DNA from: an uncultured delta proteobacterium
GTDB lineage: Bacteria > Desulfobacterota > Syntrophia > Syntrophales > UBA5619
Length of the DNA: 64,000 bases
Direction: 5' to 3'
NCBI GenBank assembly: GCA_963817385.1
Contig: CAWFOM010000006.1
Location: forward strand, 32,001 to 96,000
The position numbers were made by a program, and so were the translations under genes. A model generated the notes under the pieces. It searched no databases and was not told the DNA's origin. It was given only the letters and a program-made list of their open reading frames with translations. Below are positions 54,310-64,000 of this stretch, in pieces. Numbering within the stretch: the stretch's first letter is position 1; every line of letters starts with the position of its first letter.

Positions 54310-55460
54310 TCAGTAGCGGAAGACGGCGGCCAGGTCGGTTGTCGTCCGGCATTTTTTCCGGGGGCAGGATGAAGACCGATCCTCCGTTCAGGAATGTCTG
54401 GACGGCGGCGACCTCCAGGAGATCCTCGCCTGCTGTCTCCGGCTTCCGGTGCAGTTCGACGGCGCCGCTCTCCGTGTCGAACGTTCCCCAGCTGCTGGCG
54501 TCCCGCGGCGACGAAGAGCTGACCGACCCGTCCGTGAACGGCGGCCGGAACGATCTCCGGGATCTCGGCGGATGTCAGACCGGTTCCCGAGGACTGCCGG
54601 TACTGGGCGATGGCATCTTTTTCGGCCTTCTGGAAAACAGGGCTGACGATCTTCATGGCCATCCGATGAAGCGCCTCCGCGCTGGTCCCCTGGGGATTTC
54701 CGGGAATCCCCTCCTCGATCAGACGAGGATAGGTGTTAACCTCGCGATAGATGGGAAAGAGATAGTCCACTCCGGCGAGGACGAGCGGGGTGCGTTCATC
54801 CCTGAGGAGGTCGTGGAGACCCCGGTCGATCAGGCGGAAATACTTGAGGAGGTTGTCTTTCGTATCATCGGCAACCCCTCCGTGTCCGGAAACCATAGCC
54901 ATACCGGCTGCGCCGCTGACGGAGCCGGCGCGGAAACGGACCTGCTTTGCAAACTCGTCATACTGCAGCGCTTCGGCGAGGCTCTTGGGAAGAGATTCCA
55001 GTTCTATCTCCCGCACGTTCTGCCGCGTCCCCTCGAGGAGCCGGACCTCCTTCTGGCTGAGGGCGAGGATATAGAAGCGTCCTTCGCCGCTCAGGACCGG
55101 CAGGAGCGGTTTTATGTGAAACCGGTCGGCGACCACGATGAGTTCGTCAAAGGCCGCGGGGAGGCAGAAACAGCGAAAATAATCCGCCGAGAGAAAGAGC
55201 GCCAGACCGTCGCTCTGCCGTCGCCAGAACAGGACGTTGCCCGGGAGCGCCTGGGCAGGTTCCAGAAGTTCCTTGATTTCCTGCGGCCGCAGACCGCCGG
55301 CAAGCAGTTTTTCCTCAGCCGTGCGCAGAAGATTCCTGAAGCGGATCTGGTTCTGCTGGCTCTCCGCGCCGGTGCGGAAGGTGGGCATGAAAATCGAGAT
55401 GCACAACCCCTGGTGTTTTCCCATTAACGCCTTTAATTCATCCTGCGAAAATGCATTCAT
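54310..55460 (-). CDS. Bacterial aeRF1-like protein (baeRF3/Balon-like); frameshifts near the C-terminus
   Basis: CISIFMPT, RFHIKPLL, FYILALSQ..VRL, PLVLAG, GRV..L; C-terminus GGSVF...AAVFRY* recovered in other frames. Confidence 0.75.
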
Positions 55461-55913
55461 GTGGCCATCTCCCTTCTCATGGTTAAACCCTCAGTGAAGT
55501 TGAGGGTATGCGGAAGATTGTTCGGATGATGAGTGAACGGGTTGTTCCCCGGTTCCGGTATCCGCAGGGCCGGCCTGCAATAGGCAACGGCATCCGACAA
55601 TAACGATAGTAAATCTCTCAGGACAAAGCAAATAATTTCTTGCGGGCGCCGGGGACAAGTGGTACGGATTTCCTTCCGGCGGGTCTGAAGATATTCCCCT
55701 TTGCATGCTCCGGTAATTGTGATAGAAGGCACCGCTTTGACGGATTCCGGTCCAAGGCTTTTCCTTTGTCCCTCAGAGGGCGAAAGCCGGCAAATGATGC
55801 TCCGGGATTCCATCCGGGAGCGTAAGCAGGGTGTGAGAAACACCCTGGTAGGAAAAATAGGTTGATACTGATGACAGGCGGTCAAAAAATCGGCAGGGGA
55901 GAACGGGGAGAGG

Positions 55914-56981
55914 TTGCCCTCGCGCGAATGGCGCGACTGGAAATGGCAGTTCCGGAATCGGGTGCGCTCCCTGAAGCAGCTCGCCGCCGCGATGAACCTG
56001 CCCGCCGCGTCGCTCGCCCCGTGCAGGCTCCGTGATCAGAACCTATCCCTTTGCGATCACTCCCTATTATCTGTCGCTTCTGGATCGCGTCCGATGAAAG
56101 CGATCCCCTTCGCCGGCAGTGTTTTCCCGATCCCCGGGAGCTCGACTTCTCCCAGGGAGGAGTCGACGATCCGCTCGACGAGGAGGGCGCCATGCCGGTT
56201 CCGGGACTCATCCACCGCTATCCGGACCGCTGTCTGGCGATCGTCACCAGCGTCTGCGCCGTCTACTGCCGGCACTGCAACCGCAAGCGGATGTGGCGCG
56301 GGGAAAAACCCGGAGGAACGCGGGAGCGACTGCAGGCGATGGTGGATTATGTGGCCCGAACGCCCGCCCTTCGGGAGGTGATCGTCTCCGGAGGGGATCC
56401 GCTCCTCCTCGCCGAGGGCCTTCTGGACTGGTTTCTGGGGGCGCTCCGGGCGATTCCCCATGTGGAGGTCCTCCGCATCGGGAGCCGGACGCCGGTTACC
56501 CTGCCGATGCGCGTTACGGCCGAGCTCTGCACGATGCTCAAGCGGCACCGCCCACTCTGGTTCAATACGCAGTTCAACCATAGCCGGGAGATCACCCCCG
56601 AATCCGCCCGGGCGTGCGAGATGCTTCTCACCGCCGGGATCCCCGTCTCCAATCAGTCGGTTCTGCTTCAAGGGGGTGAACGACGACTATGAGACGATGC
56701 GGGATCTCCTCACCGGCCTGGAGCGGATCTCGGTGCGACCCTACTACCTGTTTCAGTGCGATCCGGTCCGCGGTACGGACCATTTCCGGGCGGATATCTG
56801 GAGAGGCATGGAGATCATGGAGAGGCTCTGGCGGAGCGTCTCCGGGCTCTGCCTTCCCCGGTACGTGCTGGATTGTCCGGGCGGCCGGGGGAAGATCCCC
56901 CTTCAACCTTTTTCTCTCCTTCCCGAGGAGGAAACCGGGAAGGGAAAACATTCTTTTGACAAGATACGCCGGATGGATTAA
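55914..56981 (+). CDS. epmB: KamA/EpmB radical SAM lysine 2,3-aminomutase, frameshifted
   Basis: DWKWQ, DPL.E, HRYPDR, CAVYCRHCNR, SGGDPL, NQSVLL.GVND, PYYL, GG.GKIPL; adjacent to efp and epmA. Confidence 0.85.
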
Positions 56982-57087
56982 GAAATACGCGAGGATGTGC
57001 CGGCGGATTCCTCCGCCCCGCTTTTGCGGAAGAAGAGGAGAGCGGCGTCCTGCCCCAGTCATTCAATAACAAGGAGAATGGGATAGT

Positions 57088-57652
57088 ATGTACACAGCCA
57101 GTGATTTGACGAAAAGGACTGCGGATCAAGATCGACAACGACCCCTACATCGTTACGGAATTCAATTTCGTCAAACCGGGCAAGGGGCAGGCCCTCTACC
57201 GCTGCAAGCTGAAGAACATGATCAATGGAAACCAGTTCGAGCGGACCTTCCGTTCCGTGGATAACTTCGAGGCGGCGGATCTGCAGGAGAAGAAGATGCA
57301 GTACCTCTATAAGGAAGAGGGAAAGTACTGCTTCATGGACAACCAGAGTTACGAGCAGGTCTTCCTCAGCGAGGAGCAGGTCGGCGAGGCGAAGAATTTT
57401 CTCCTGGACAACATCGAGGTGGAGATCCTTTTCTTCGAGGACCGGCCGCTGGGGATCAGTCTCCCCAATTTCATCGACGTGACGGTGACCAAAGCCGATC
57501 CCTGGGCCAAGGGGGATTCCGTATCGGGAAACACCAAACCGGTGACCGTCCAGACCGGTTACGAGCTGCAGGTGCCCCCCTTCGTCGAGGAGGGAGACAA
57601 GATCAGGATCGATACCCGCAGCGGGGAGTACCTGACCCGGGTCAAGGGATGA
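57088..57652 (+). CDS. efp: Elongation factor P; frameshift near 57112
   Basis: MYTASDL.KGLRI..., FVKPGKGQA (Lys tip), MQYLY, GDSVSG..KP, IDTRSGEY. Confidence 0.95.
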
Positions 57653-57659
57653 TCGGCGG

Positions 57660-58589
57660 ATGGATGACGATCAGTGGCGGCTGACCGGCAAGGCGGATGC
57701 CCTGAGGCTTCGGGCGGCGATGATCCGGGCGATCCGCCGCTTCTTCCTCGATCAGGATTTTCTCGAAGTCGAAACGCCCATCCGGATTCCGGCGCCGGCG
57801 CCGGAATCCCATATCGATGCCGTCGCCTCGGGCGAATGGTTCCTGCAAACCTCCCCGGAACTCTGCATGAAGAGACTCCTGGCGGCGGGTTATCCGAAAA
57901 TCTTCCAGATCTGCCGATGTTTCCGCGCGGGGAGCGGGGCGTCCGTCACCTTCCGGAGTTTACCCTGCTTGAATGGTATCGGACGGGGACCGATTACCGG
58001 ACCCTGATGGATGACTGCGAGATCCTGATTGCCCGTGTTGCCGCGGATCTGGGTTTGGGCGGCGCCGTCACCTGGCAGGGCAGGAAGATCGACCTGACGC
58101 CCCGGTTGGGAGCGGCTCACCGTCCGGGAAGCCTTCGCCCGCTATGCCTCGCTCACCGTCGAGGAGGCGCTGAGGCGGGAGATCGTTTCGACGAGACCAT
58201 GGTTTGTGAAATCGAGCCCCATCTGGGCAGGGAGAGGCCCGTCTTCCTGTACGAATATCCCGCGTCGCTCGGCGCCCTGGCGCGGGTGAAGGCGGAAGAT
58301 CCGGGGGTTGCCGAACGGTTCGAACTCTATATCGCCGGTGCTGGAGCTGGCCAATGCCTTTTCCGAGCTGACCGATGCGGCGGAGCAGCGCCGGCGTTTC
58401 GAGGAGGTCTCCCGCGACCGCCGCCGGCATAACTGCCCGGTTACCCCCATGCCGGAGCGTTTTCTTGCGGCACTCTCCCGGATGCCCCCCTCCGCGGGCA
58501 TCGCCCTCGGCGTGGATCGTCTCGGCATGATCCTGGCCGATCAGGCCGGAATCGATGCGGTGGTTGCCTTTCCACCGGAATCTCTCTGA
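57660..58589 (+). CDS. epmA: EF-P beta-lysyl ligase, several frameshifts
   Basis: FLEVETP, LQTSPELCMKRLL, HLPEFTLLEWY, ERFELY, ELANAFSELTD, GIALGVDRL. Confidence 0.9.
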
Positions 58590-58708
58590 TCTTTTCCCCT
58601 GCGGTAGCCCGGAAAAGAGCGATTGAAGTTCATCGGTCCTTGACAAGAACCTTCTTTTCCATTAGAGGTAGATTCCGTTTTCGTCATTTCTCAAAAAGGA
58701 GATTGAAC

Positions 58709-59467
58709 GTGAAAGAAGTATCGTCCGTTGCCGCGATGAACCTGGGGGGGAATTTCAGTGGTTCTCTTTTCGATATGGTCATTCATGCGGGATTTGTCGT
58801 CCAACTGGTTCTCCTGCTCCTGCTGATTTTTTCCGTCGTCTCGTGGGCCATCATCCTGATGAAATACTTCACGATCAGGAAGGTCGATCGGGAGAACGGG
58901 CACTTTCTGAGTCTCTACATGAAGAGCACGAAACTGTCGGAGATCTTCCCCGAGGCGAAGAAATTCAGGCATTCGACGCTGGCGGAAGTCTTCCGATCCG
59001 GGTATACCGAGCTTGCGAAGCTCACCAAGGCGGTACGGGGGAATCCCTCCGGCTCCGGAAAAGACGCCCCGGAAGCGGGCGGCCAGGGCGTCGAAATCGC
59101 CGGAATCGACAATGTGGAGCGGGCGATGAACAGGGCCTGCGGGTCGGAGGTCAACAAACTGGAAGCGGCCCTCGGCTTCCTGGCGACCACGGGAAGCGCC
59201 AGCCCCTTCATCGGTCTGTTCGGCACCGTCTGGGGGATCATGGACACCTTCAAGGGGATCGGCGCCCGGGGTTCGGCCACCCTGGCCGTCGTGGCGCCCG
59301 GGATCTCGGAGGCGCTGATCGCCACGGCGGCGGGCCTTGCAGCCGCCATCCCTGCCGTTATCTTTTACAATTACTACCTGAACCGGATCAAGAATATGAC
59401 CCTCGAGATGGATAATTTCGCCTCGGAGTTGCTCAACATCGTCGAGCGGTATTACGTGAAGAAATAA
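58709..59467 (+). CDS. tolQ: TolQ
   Basis: SPFIGLFGTVWGIM, VAPGISEALIATAAGL. Confidence 0.95.
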   Translation: MKEVSSVAAMNLGGNFSGSLFDMVIHAGFVVQLVLLLLLIFSVVSWAIILMKYFTIRKVDRENGHFLSLYMKSTKLSEIFPEAKKFRHSTLAEVFRSGYTELAKLTKAVRGNPSGSGKDAPEAGGQGVEIAGIDNVERAMNRACGSEVNKLEAALGFLATTGSASPFIGLFGTVWGIMDTFKGIGARGSATLAVVAPGISEALIATAAGLAAAIPAVIFYNYYLNRIKNMTLEMDNFASELLNIVERYYVKK

Positions 59468-59474
59468 AAAAGCC

Positions 59475-59901
59475 ATGAAATACGCGAAGCGGAGAAACCA
59501 GTCTGACGACCGGCCGATGGCGGAGATCAATGTCACCCCCCTGGTGGACGTGATGCTCGTGCTGTTGATCATCTTCATGGTGACGGCGCCGATGCTGCAG
59601 ATGGGAATCGATGTCAATCTCCCCCGGGTCAAGGCGAAAAGCGTGGACGTTGCGGAGGAAAAGCTGGTGCTGACCATAAACGGCGCCAAAGAGATCTTCC
59701 TCAACAAAGTCGAAGATCCCGCTTACGGAACTCGGCACGAAGCTGGAACACATCTTCGTGTCTCGGATCGACCGTGAGGTCTATATGCGGGCGGACAGGA
59801 ACATCCCCTACGGGTTCGTGGTCGAGGTGATGGCCGAGGTACGGAAGGCCGGTGTCGACAAGCTGGGGATGATCACCGAACCGCCCGAGGAACGAAGGTG
59901 A
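59475..59901 (+). CDS. tolR: TolR; frameshift near 59712
   Basis: EINVTPLVDVMLVLLIIFMVTAP; RADRNIPYG..VEVM...GMITEP in the next frame. Confidence 0.92.
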
Positions 59902-60681
59902 TGTCTGACGGATCGGTCAGGGAGAAGCGCGACGGATTGAGCCTGAACGGCATGATATTCCTGTCCCTCCTGCTCCATCTGGCGCTGCTCTCCCTGCTCT
60001 TTTTTTCCCCTTCCTTCCCCTCGCCGAAACTGACCTTCGGACCCGGTCTATACCGTCTCCCTGGTCAGCCTTCCCCAAAATGTCCTGGAGCAGAAGAGCT
60101 CCTCAACGGCTGCGACCAAGGAACTCATGGCAGCCGACCGCCCCGAGACGGTCGTGAAGAAGCAACTGGAGCCTGCGCCGGCAGTGCCCATCCGCAGCCT
60201 GGAGACCAAAAAGAAGAGGGATCCGGACCTCGAAAAGGCGATGGAGGAGATCCGGAAAAGGGCGGCCGCGACCGGTGCGGCTAAACCCGCCCCGGCAAAA
60301 GCCGCTCCGGATAAGGCAGAGAAGACCGAAAAGACCGAGAAGGCGGCTGGCCCGGCCGGTGGTCAACCCGGCGGCGCCGAGATGGATGCGCAGATGCGGG
60401 CCTACTATGCGGCGATCTGGTCCCGCATAAAAGGGAAATGGGCGCTCCCCCAGGGCATCCTGCCGGGAGAGGTGCTGGAAACGGTGATCGATGTGACCAT
60501 CCTGCGCAGCGGGGCGGTTACCGAGGTGAATTTTGAAAAACGTTCGGGGAATCGCTATTTTGACGAATCGGCCATGAAAGCGATCCAGAAGGCGAGCCCC
60601 TTGCCGCCCCTGCCGGCCTGGATCGGCGACAGCAGCATCGGGGTGGGTATCCGGTTCCATTCGTCGGAAATGATACGGTGA
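59898..60681 (+). CDS. tolA: TolA/TonB-like protein; frameshift near 60045
   Basis: TM SLLLH motif, Ala/Lys/Pro linker, C-terminal domain W..P...SGN..FD.SA..AI.KASPLP. Confidence 0.85.
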
Positions 60682-60709
60682 CGGACATCGGGAGGAAAGG
60701 TCGTATTGC

Positions 60710-62027
60710 ATGAAAAATCTGAAGCGTCTGGCTTCCGTGAGTCTGTTCCTGCTCTTCCTGTTTCACAACTCTCCGGCGTACGGGAAGGTGTACATCGACA
60801 TCGATTCCCCCTCTTTTCAGAAATTTCCTATTGCGATCACCGATTTCAAACCCCTGCGGTCCGGTGCCGAGACGGGCGATCTCCCCGTCTGGTTCGCCGA
60901 CACCCTCTCCCGGGATCTGCTCGTTGACGGGCTACTTCAGCGTCATCGACCGGAAGGCCTTCCTGGAAGATCCGAGCCAGGCGGGAATCACGGGGGAGGG
61001 GACCCGTTTCGCGGACTGGGTGACGATCGGCGCCGAATATCTCATCAAGGGCGGATTCCAGACGGACGGCCGGCAATTCATCACGGAGTTTCGTCTGTTT
61101 GATGTGGTGAAGGGGGAACTTGTCGTCGGGAAGAAGTATTTCGGGACGCCCGAGGACAAAAACCGTATGGTCGTGCAGTTCGCAAACGAGGTCCTGCAGG
61201 CCCTGACGGGAGAGGCGGGTCTGTTCGACACCCGGATCGCCTTTGTCCGGAAGAACAATACCTCTCAGGAGATCTATACGATCAATTTCGATGGTTCCGA
61301 CCTCCGCCGGATCACCAACTACAACTCGCTGACCCTCTCGCCGCGCTGGTCTCCCGATGGCCGGCATCTGGCCTTCACCTCGTTCAAGGAAGGAAATCCG
61401 GACATCTATCTCCAGGATCTGGAGAGCGGGAAGACCCAGCGGATCGCCTCCTATCCTGGGCTCAACCTTCCCGGTTCCTGGTCCCGCGACAGCACAAAGC
61501 TTCTGGTGACGCTGACCCGGGACGGGAATCAGGAGATCTATGACATGAACGTCGGAAACAGGCTCCTCCAGCGCCTGACCCGCGAATTTTCCATCGATGT
61601 CTCTCCCGTCCGCTCGCCGGACGAGAGGCGGATCGCCTTCGTTTCGAACCGGGACGGCTCCCCGCAGATCTACATCATGGATGCCGACGGCGGCAACGTG
61701 CGGCGGTTGACCCTTGACGGGAATTACAACACCTCGCCTGCCTGGTCGCCGAAGGGGAAGAAGATCGCCTACGAGGGGTCCGTCAACGGCCGGTTTCAGA
61801 TCTTCGTCATCAACGAAGAGGGCGGAACTCCCCAGCAGCTGACCTTTGGAGGCAGCGATCATGAATCTCCCTCCTGGTCGCCGGATGGGCGGTATCTGGC
61901 TTATAGTGTCCGCGGTTACGGCCGCAGCAGGATCGAGATCATGAATGCGGGCGGCCAGAACACCCGGGTGCTGCATGAGGGGAATGACGGCTGCCAGAGT
62001 CCCTTCTGGTCTCCGCACCTGCGCTGA
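60710..62027 (+). CDS. tolB: TolB beta-propeller protein; frameshift near 60925
   Basis: Signal peptide, PIAITDF, TRIAFV, repeated P.WSPDG. Confidence 0.93.
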
Positions 62028-62180
62028 AGTTGTTTGGTTATGAGTGTAAGGAATTGTATTCAGTACAGAAATAAAAAAAATTCCATTTTTTCGGTTGATT
62101 TTTACCGTCAGGAGTGATTTATACTACAAAAAGTTATTTATTGAACCACATAACCATCATTGATCTAAGAAAGGAGAATT

Positions 62181-62843
62181 ATGATGAAAAGAAATTTGTT
62201 ATCCGTAGTGCTGATCGCCCTGGTCCTCTGTCTCTCCGTCAGCTTCCTCACCGGTTGCGCCAAGAAGGCGGGACTGAGGGAGGGAGCGGCGATGACCCAG
62301 GAGCAGAAGGCGGCAGCCCAGGCGCCGGCGGTAGCCAGGCCTGCTGCGCCCGGGGACGATGCGGCCGCGAGGGAGCGCGCGCTTCGCGAGCAGGCCTTGA
62401 GGGAAAAGGCCGAGAAGGAAGCGGCGGAAAAGGCCAAGAAGGATGCGGCCGACAAGGCCAAGAAGGAAGCGGCGGCGAAGGCGGCGGCGATCATGAAGGA
62501 ACTCCAGATCCCGGATATCAACTTTGATTTCGACAAGTACAACCTCAAGCCGTTGGCGCAGACGACCCTGAAAAACGGCGCCCCGGCGTACCTGAAATAT
62601 AGAGATTATAAACTCGTGGTGGAAGGTCACTGTGACGAGCGGGGCACCGTGGAATACAACCTGGCGCTCGGCCAGAAGCGTGCGGATGAAGCTGCCAAAT
62701 ACCTTGCCGACCTGGGGATCGAGAAGGAACGGATCAAGACGATCAGCTACGGCAAGGAGATGCCTTTGGATCCGGGGCATGATGAGGCCGCCTGGGCGAA
62801 GAACAGAAGGGATCACTTCGTTATCTTCCCGCCGGTAAAGTGA
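62181..62843 (+). CDS. pal: Peptidoglycan-associated lipoprotein
   Basis: Lipobox LTGC, FDFDK, EGHCDERGT.EYNLALG..RA, ISYGKE, NRR. Confidence 0.95.
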   Translation: MMKRNLLSVVLIALVLCLSVSFLTGCAKKAGLREGAAMTQEQKAAAQAPAVARPAAPGDDAAARERALREQALREKAEKEAAEKAKKDAADKAKKEAAAKAAAIMKELQIPDINFDFDKYNLKPLAQTTLKNGAPAYLKYRDYKLVVEGHCDERGTVEYNLALGQKRADEAAKYLADLGIEKERIKTISYGKEMPLDPGHDEAAWAKNRRDHFVIFPPVK

Positions 62844-63074
62844 TATTCCTTTTCCCGGGGGAATCATTGCCGGCCCCGCGAAAAACAGTCTCGCCGGTTT
62901 GCAGGCCGGCAGTGGTAAGGGAGAAATCCTGCCCACGTTGTGGCAGTGATTGTATCAGTGGGTTTTGATGATTGGTCGGCCCGAGAGAAGAATGGTCCTG
63001 TGAGCCCTGCTAGTACGTGGGGCTCACAGGATTGTCGTTCGACGGCCCATTGGGAAAAACTGCCGGAGCGGACC

Positions 63075-64000
63075 ATGGCGAAAGAGGGAGATTTCTTGCG
63101 AAGATTTTGGCACATCCCGGCGGTGATCGCTCTGCTGTTCGTGGTTGGATGCGCCACGACGAACGATCTCCGGCGCGTTCACGGCGATCTGGATAATCAG
63201 ATCCGGCTCACCAACGATAAGATCGCGGGCGTCGAGCAGGGATCGGCCGGCGTGAAGGAGGAGATTGCCGACCTCCGGAGAGAGGTTGAAAAGACCGGCG
63301 GTACGATCACGACGGTGCGCGGCACCCAGGCGGACAGCCGGGCCGAAATGACCGAGATCAGGGAGCAGATCCAGCAGATCCGGGGGAGCATCGATGGTCT
63401 GAGGAAGGATCTTTCCACCGCCACCTCCCGGACGAGCAGGCGGGAAGAGGAGGAGAAGGGTCTCCGGGAAAAGCTGGAAAGCCTGACGTTCAAGATCAAC
63501 TTCATCGAGAATTTCCTCGGGATCGGCAAGAAAGAAGATGCGGCGGATGCCGCAGTGGAGAAGAACGGAAAGCCGCCGGCAGCCCCGAAGGAGGCGACCC
63601 CAAAGGAGGCGGCCGGTAAGGGTAAGACGGATAAGGAGTCCCTTTACGCGGCTGCTTATGAACTCTTTCGGGAGGGAAAGTATGAGAAGTCGCGGGAAGG
63701 GTTCGAATCGTTCCTCAAGCAGTACCCTGATACGGAATTTTCCGACAACGCTCAGTTCTGGATCGGCGAGTGTTACTACTTTGAGAAAAAGTACGAAAAG
63801 GCGATTGTCGAATACGACAAGGTGACAAAGAACTTTCCCGATGGCAACAAGGTTCCCTACGCCCTCCTGAAACAGGGGCTCTCCTTCCTGAAACTGGGGG
63901 ATAAGGCGAGCGCCAAACTCCTCCTGCAGCAGGTGATCAAGGATTTCCCCAACACGAGTCAGGCGCGCATCGCGCGCGGTCGACTCCTCGAAATCAAATA
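63075..64000 (+). CDS. cpoB: Tol-Pal protein CpoB/YbgF (stop codon cut by the window edge)
   Basis: Open frame from 63075/63096: lipobox VVGC, coiled coil, TPRs (DNAQFWIGECYY, KVPYALLKQG), ends LLEIK-TA. Confidence 0.88.
   Translation, partial: MAKEGDFLRRFWHIPAVIALLFVVGCATTNDLRRVHGDLDNQIRLTNDKIAGVEQGSAGVKEEIADLRREVEKTGGTITTVRGTQADSRAEMTEIREQIQQIRGSIDGLRKDLSTATSRTSRREEEEKGLREKLESLTFKINFIENFLGIGKKEDAADAAVEKNGKPPAAPKEATPKEAAGKGKTDKESLYAAAYELFREGKYEKSREGFESFLKQYPDTEFSDNAQFWIGECYYFEKKYEKAIVEYDKVTKNFPDGNKVPYALLKQGLSFLKLGDKASAKLLLQQVIKDFPNTSQARIARGRLLEIK

Noticed and set aside
55590..55632. AGTAAATCTCTCAGG resembling the end of a glycine riboswitch
   Set aside because: The upstream GGAGA and CCGAAG core elements and the P1 stem are missing, and there is no glycine-related gene downstream.
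55765..55850. Two hairpins upstream of the lysine aminomutase suggesting a lysine riboswitch
   Set aside because: Only AGAGG matches; the length and five-way junction motifs of the L-box are absent.

Overview
64 kb of a GC-rich bacterial chromosome. Gene content (dcw cluster, tol-pal, selB, epmB-efp-epmA, NrpR, UPF0182) suggests an anaerobic Desulfobacterota/Syntrophales-like organism; this taxonomy is inference. At least a dozen genes, several essential, carry single-base indels, which points to an error-prone long-read or MAG assembly rather than real pseudogenes. Left to right: gdhA, nrpR, an operon of LarA-like isomerase, split UxaA/SuyAB-type dehydratase and DHDPS-family aldolase, a tail-specific protease, then a lower-GC accessory patch (about 9.0-16.5 kb) ending at the 3' end of tRNA-Glu. 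Next come housekeeping genes, the dcw operon (mraZ to ftsZ), mltG, ruvX, selB, yhaM, an aeRF1-like factor, epmB-efp-epmA and tolQRAB-pal-cpoB. The strongest hidden signal is two exported selenoproteins that the ORF track truncates: a TlpA/redoxin with a U-x-x-C motif and a rhodanese-like protein with C-x-U. Each has an in-frame TGA at the catalytic position followed by a SECIS-like hairpin, and selB is in the same window. Other leads: an FGE/CLec-domain surface protein resembling an orphan DGR target behind an attenuator-like leader, two covarying structured repeats inside the dcw operon, IS200/IS605-type end remnants, a candidate NrpR operator before gdhA, and a candidate leader-peptide attenuator before an EamA transporter.
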